Shown in pieces: positions 61,481-64,000 of a stretch of 64,000 nt of DNA. This DNA is from Octopus vulgaris (Eukaryota): positions 31,310,001 to 31,374,000 of the forward strand of contig OX597826.1 of NCBI GenBank assembly GCA_951406725.2. The letters run 5' to 3'. How positions within the stretch are numbered: position 1 is the stretch's first letter; each line of letters starts with the position of its first letter. A program made the translations under genes and the position numbers. Below the pieces are notes generated by a model. That model searched no databases, had not been told where the DNA came from, and was given only the letters and a program-made list of their open reading frames with translations.

Positions 61481-61715
61481 CTTCCAAAATTGTTGGTAGG
61501 AGGTTCGTCGAATCCACTGAAAAAGAAATTCTGAGTACTGTTTGGACTTAGCGAAGTTGAGAAATTATAAGATTGGAGATTTTCAGGAGCAGTGAAGACA
61601 AAATTTCCAGGTACGAATGAGACACTCTCTCTTTCCGACCGTGTTGTAACCTTTGAAGACAATGTGTCAAAGTTGTTCGTAGTTGCAGGCTTACTTTTAC
61701 CTTTAACAGGAGATT
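61481..61715 (-). CDS. DLGAP5: DLGAP5 exon (ESPVKG...SFVPGNFVFTAPENLQSY...)
   Basis: ttacag| acceptor, AG|GTATGT donor; resembles the HURP SFAPKDFMF motif. Confidence 0.87.
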
Positions 61716-61947
61716 CTGTAAATGATTGAAATAATAATAAAAAAAAATTAATAAAATAGACACAGGTATGGGTGTGTGACTAAGAAATTGGCTTCTTAAC
61801 AATGTGGTTTCAGATTCTGTCCCACTGCATGGCACCTTAGGCAAGTGTCTTCGACTAAAGCCTTTGGCAAAGCAAAGCCTTGTTAGTGGGTTTGGTAGAT
61901 GAAAACTGAAAGAAGCTTATCATATATGTGTGTGTGTGTTTATCTTT

Positions 61948-62304
61948 GTCATGGCATCACAGGATAGTGCCTCCTAACTGGCTCCTCTGCCAGTGGAACA
62001 TAAAATGTACCATCCAAACGTGGTTGATGCCAGTGTCCACTGACTGGCTCTTGTGCAGGTGGCACGTAAAAAGCACTATCCAAACATGAATGATGCCAGG
62101 CCCACCTGACTGACTCCTGTTCCAGTGGCACGTAAAAAGCACCCACTACACTCTCAGAGTGGTTGGCGTTAGGAAGGGCATCCAGCTGTAGAAACATTGC
62201 CAAATCAGATTGGAGCCTGTTGCAGCCACTGGCTTTCCAGATCTCAGTCAAACCGTCCAACCCATGCCAGCATGGAAAATCGACATTAAACGATGATGAT
62301 GATG
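61948..62304 (+). mobile_element. RTE LINE 3' end fragment
   Basis: Same 3' sequence, internal repeats and (GAT)n tail. Confidence 0.65.
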
Positions 62305-63122
62305 TTTCTAAATTTGTGAACACCTAATAATTAAAATGGAAAAGTTATCAGAAAACTGATTTCTACTTGTTTTTCAAATATATGATCTGCACCATTTCTA
62401 ATTCTATTATGTGGTGAAATGTAAAAGTGCCTGTGTGGTGGCACATGAAAGTATCCAGCACAATCTGCAAAGTAGTTGGCATGTTAGGAAGGGCATCCAG
62501 CCATAGAAAACATGCTAAATCAGACTGGAGTCTGGTGCAGCTTCCAAGTTTGCCAGCCCTGGTCACACCATCCCACCCATGTCAGCATGGACAATAGCTG
62601 ATAATGATATATATGTAGATGGCGAGCTGGCAGAAAAGTTAGCACGCCGGGCGGTATTTCGTCTGCCGTTACGTTCTGAGTTCAAATTCCGCCAAGGTCA
62701 AGTTTCGGGGGTCAATTAAATAAGTACCAGTTACGCACTGGGGTCGATACAATTGACTTAATCCCGTTTGTCTGTCCTTGTTTGTTCTCTCTGTGTTTAA
62801 CCCCTTGTGGGTAGTAAAGAAATAGATATATATGTGACAGAATACAATTTAACCTCTCTACTTCCAAAAAGTCATGTATAGTGCATACCAGTATGACACT
62901 GCTCAAGTGTACACTGAGATCTGCGCCTGCATCATGCTTCACTCTGATGGCACATATATTTATTATATGTCTTTCAAGATTTATTGAACTGTAGTCAACA
63001 TTTCAAATCAATTCAATGAGTTTCTCTTCAAAGCCAAACAATCTGATTTCAATCAAAAAGAATCTTCTAAATTCAAAATTTAAAACACATTTTCTAACAG
63101 AGACATTGTCAAAGACACTTAC

Positions 63123-63501
63123 CAATTTTCGATTTTGCCTGTTTCTGAGTTACACTTGATGTTGTTTTAGCTTTTGTGGAAGGCAGTGTCCTAGTAGTTG
63201 CTCTGGTGGCTGCTTTGCTGTTATTGGTTTGCCTGGTGACTCTAGTTTGTGTAGTCAATGGTACTTTCTTGCTCTCACTTGCTGCCGTAAGCCGAGCTGG
63301 CTGCCTTTTGGTGGGTCCTTTTTTCTCTGGTAAAACCAAAGACGAAGTTTTCGGCTTGTGGGCAACATCAGCTTGGCGAGTTGTAGCTCTGGTTGTTGCA
63401 CGTGTAGCAGCAGTAGTTGTAGCAGTAGTGGTAGATCTAGTGGTAGCAGTGGCTGCTCTTGTTTTGCGGGGAGGTTCCGCAACTGGCACAGTAGTTTTCA
63501 C
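63123..63501 (-). CDS. DLGAP5: DLGAP5 exon (basic Thr/Ala/Arg-rich)
   Basis: aaacag| acceptor, G|GTAAGT donor; 126 open codons. Confidence 0.82.
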
Positions 63502-64000
63502 CTGTTTCTTTATAAAATAAATAAATAAAATTAAGCTTTTTTTCTTTTTATATAAAACTAGCAGAGATACCTGGCATTGCCAGTGTTACATGCAATTGAA
63601 GAATTAGACTTTTCTGTTATATTTTCTGTAATGAACTGGAATACCTATGATTTGAATTTCATCAAAATTGCAGGTGAGGTTATTTCCCTCTTTACACACC
63701 CTAAAAACATTGTAATCATGACACATGTATCCCATACTACTGATTTTTATGTGTATATTCCAAAATTCCAGTCTTATAGAACATGTTAAAAGGATTTTGC
63801 TCCTGAAAAATGGAGGTCATGGAGGTCATGAAGCTCTAAAATGTGAGAGTTAAGGCCTCTGTTGGGAGTGGGTGTCTTAATGTCAACCAGAGAAGTTGAA
63901 TTGTTGAGAATCTTTTTAACTTGGGTCTTATATCTATTGTTTGAATTTCTTTGAAATAGGAAATATATGTTCACTGGATTTGTAAAAGAGAGCAAAGCTA

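Noticed and set aside
63176-63520. Hydrophobic plus-strand ORF resembling a membrane protein
   Set aside because: Antisense shadow of the Thr/Ala-rich DLGAP5 exon.
63786-63995. Possible additional DLGAP5 exon
   Set aside because: No convincing phase-0 donor or recognisable motif; the upstream exon probably lies beyond the window.

Overview
AT-rich, intron-rich and microsatellite-dense animal genomic DNA. The SINE and LINE families resemble those I recall from Octopus genomes, so the species assignment is an inference and was not database-checked. Four genes were reconstructed by hand with phase-consistent GT-AG exon chains. (1) ANKRD46-like tail-anchored ankyrin protein (+, 2 coding exons, 207 aa). 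(2) POLR1E/RPA49/PAF53, an RNA polymerase I subunit (-, 12 exons, 398 aa). (3) NDUFC2, a complex I subunit (+, 3 exons, 99 aa), head-to-head with POLR1E. (4) DLGAP5/HURP/Mars, a spindle protein (-, 16 exons here, 1191 aa plus an N-terminus beyond the window), tail-to-tail with NDUFC2. The rest is mostly tRNA-derived SINEs, RTE and CR1/L2 LINE fragments, hAT and piggyBac MITEs, non-autonomous Helitrons and microsatellites. The most interesting signals are an 18x9-aa TQ repeat array next to the DLGAP5 GKAP domain, a young 9x116-bp satellite inside a piggyBac remnant, hammerhead-ribozyme relics, several long fold-back hairpins, and apparently overlapping NDUFC2/DLGAP5 3' ends. No prokaryote-type system (CRISPR array, operon) is present, and none of the findings is established as a new system without follow-up.
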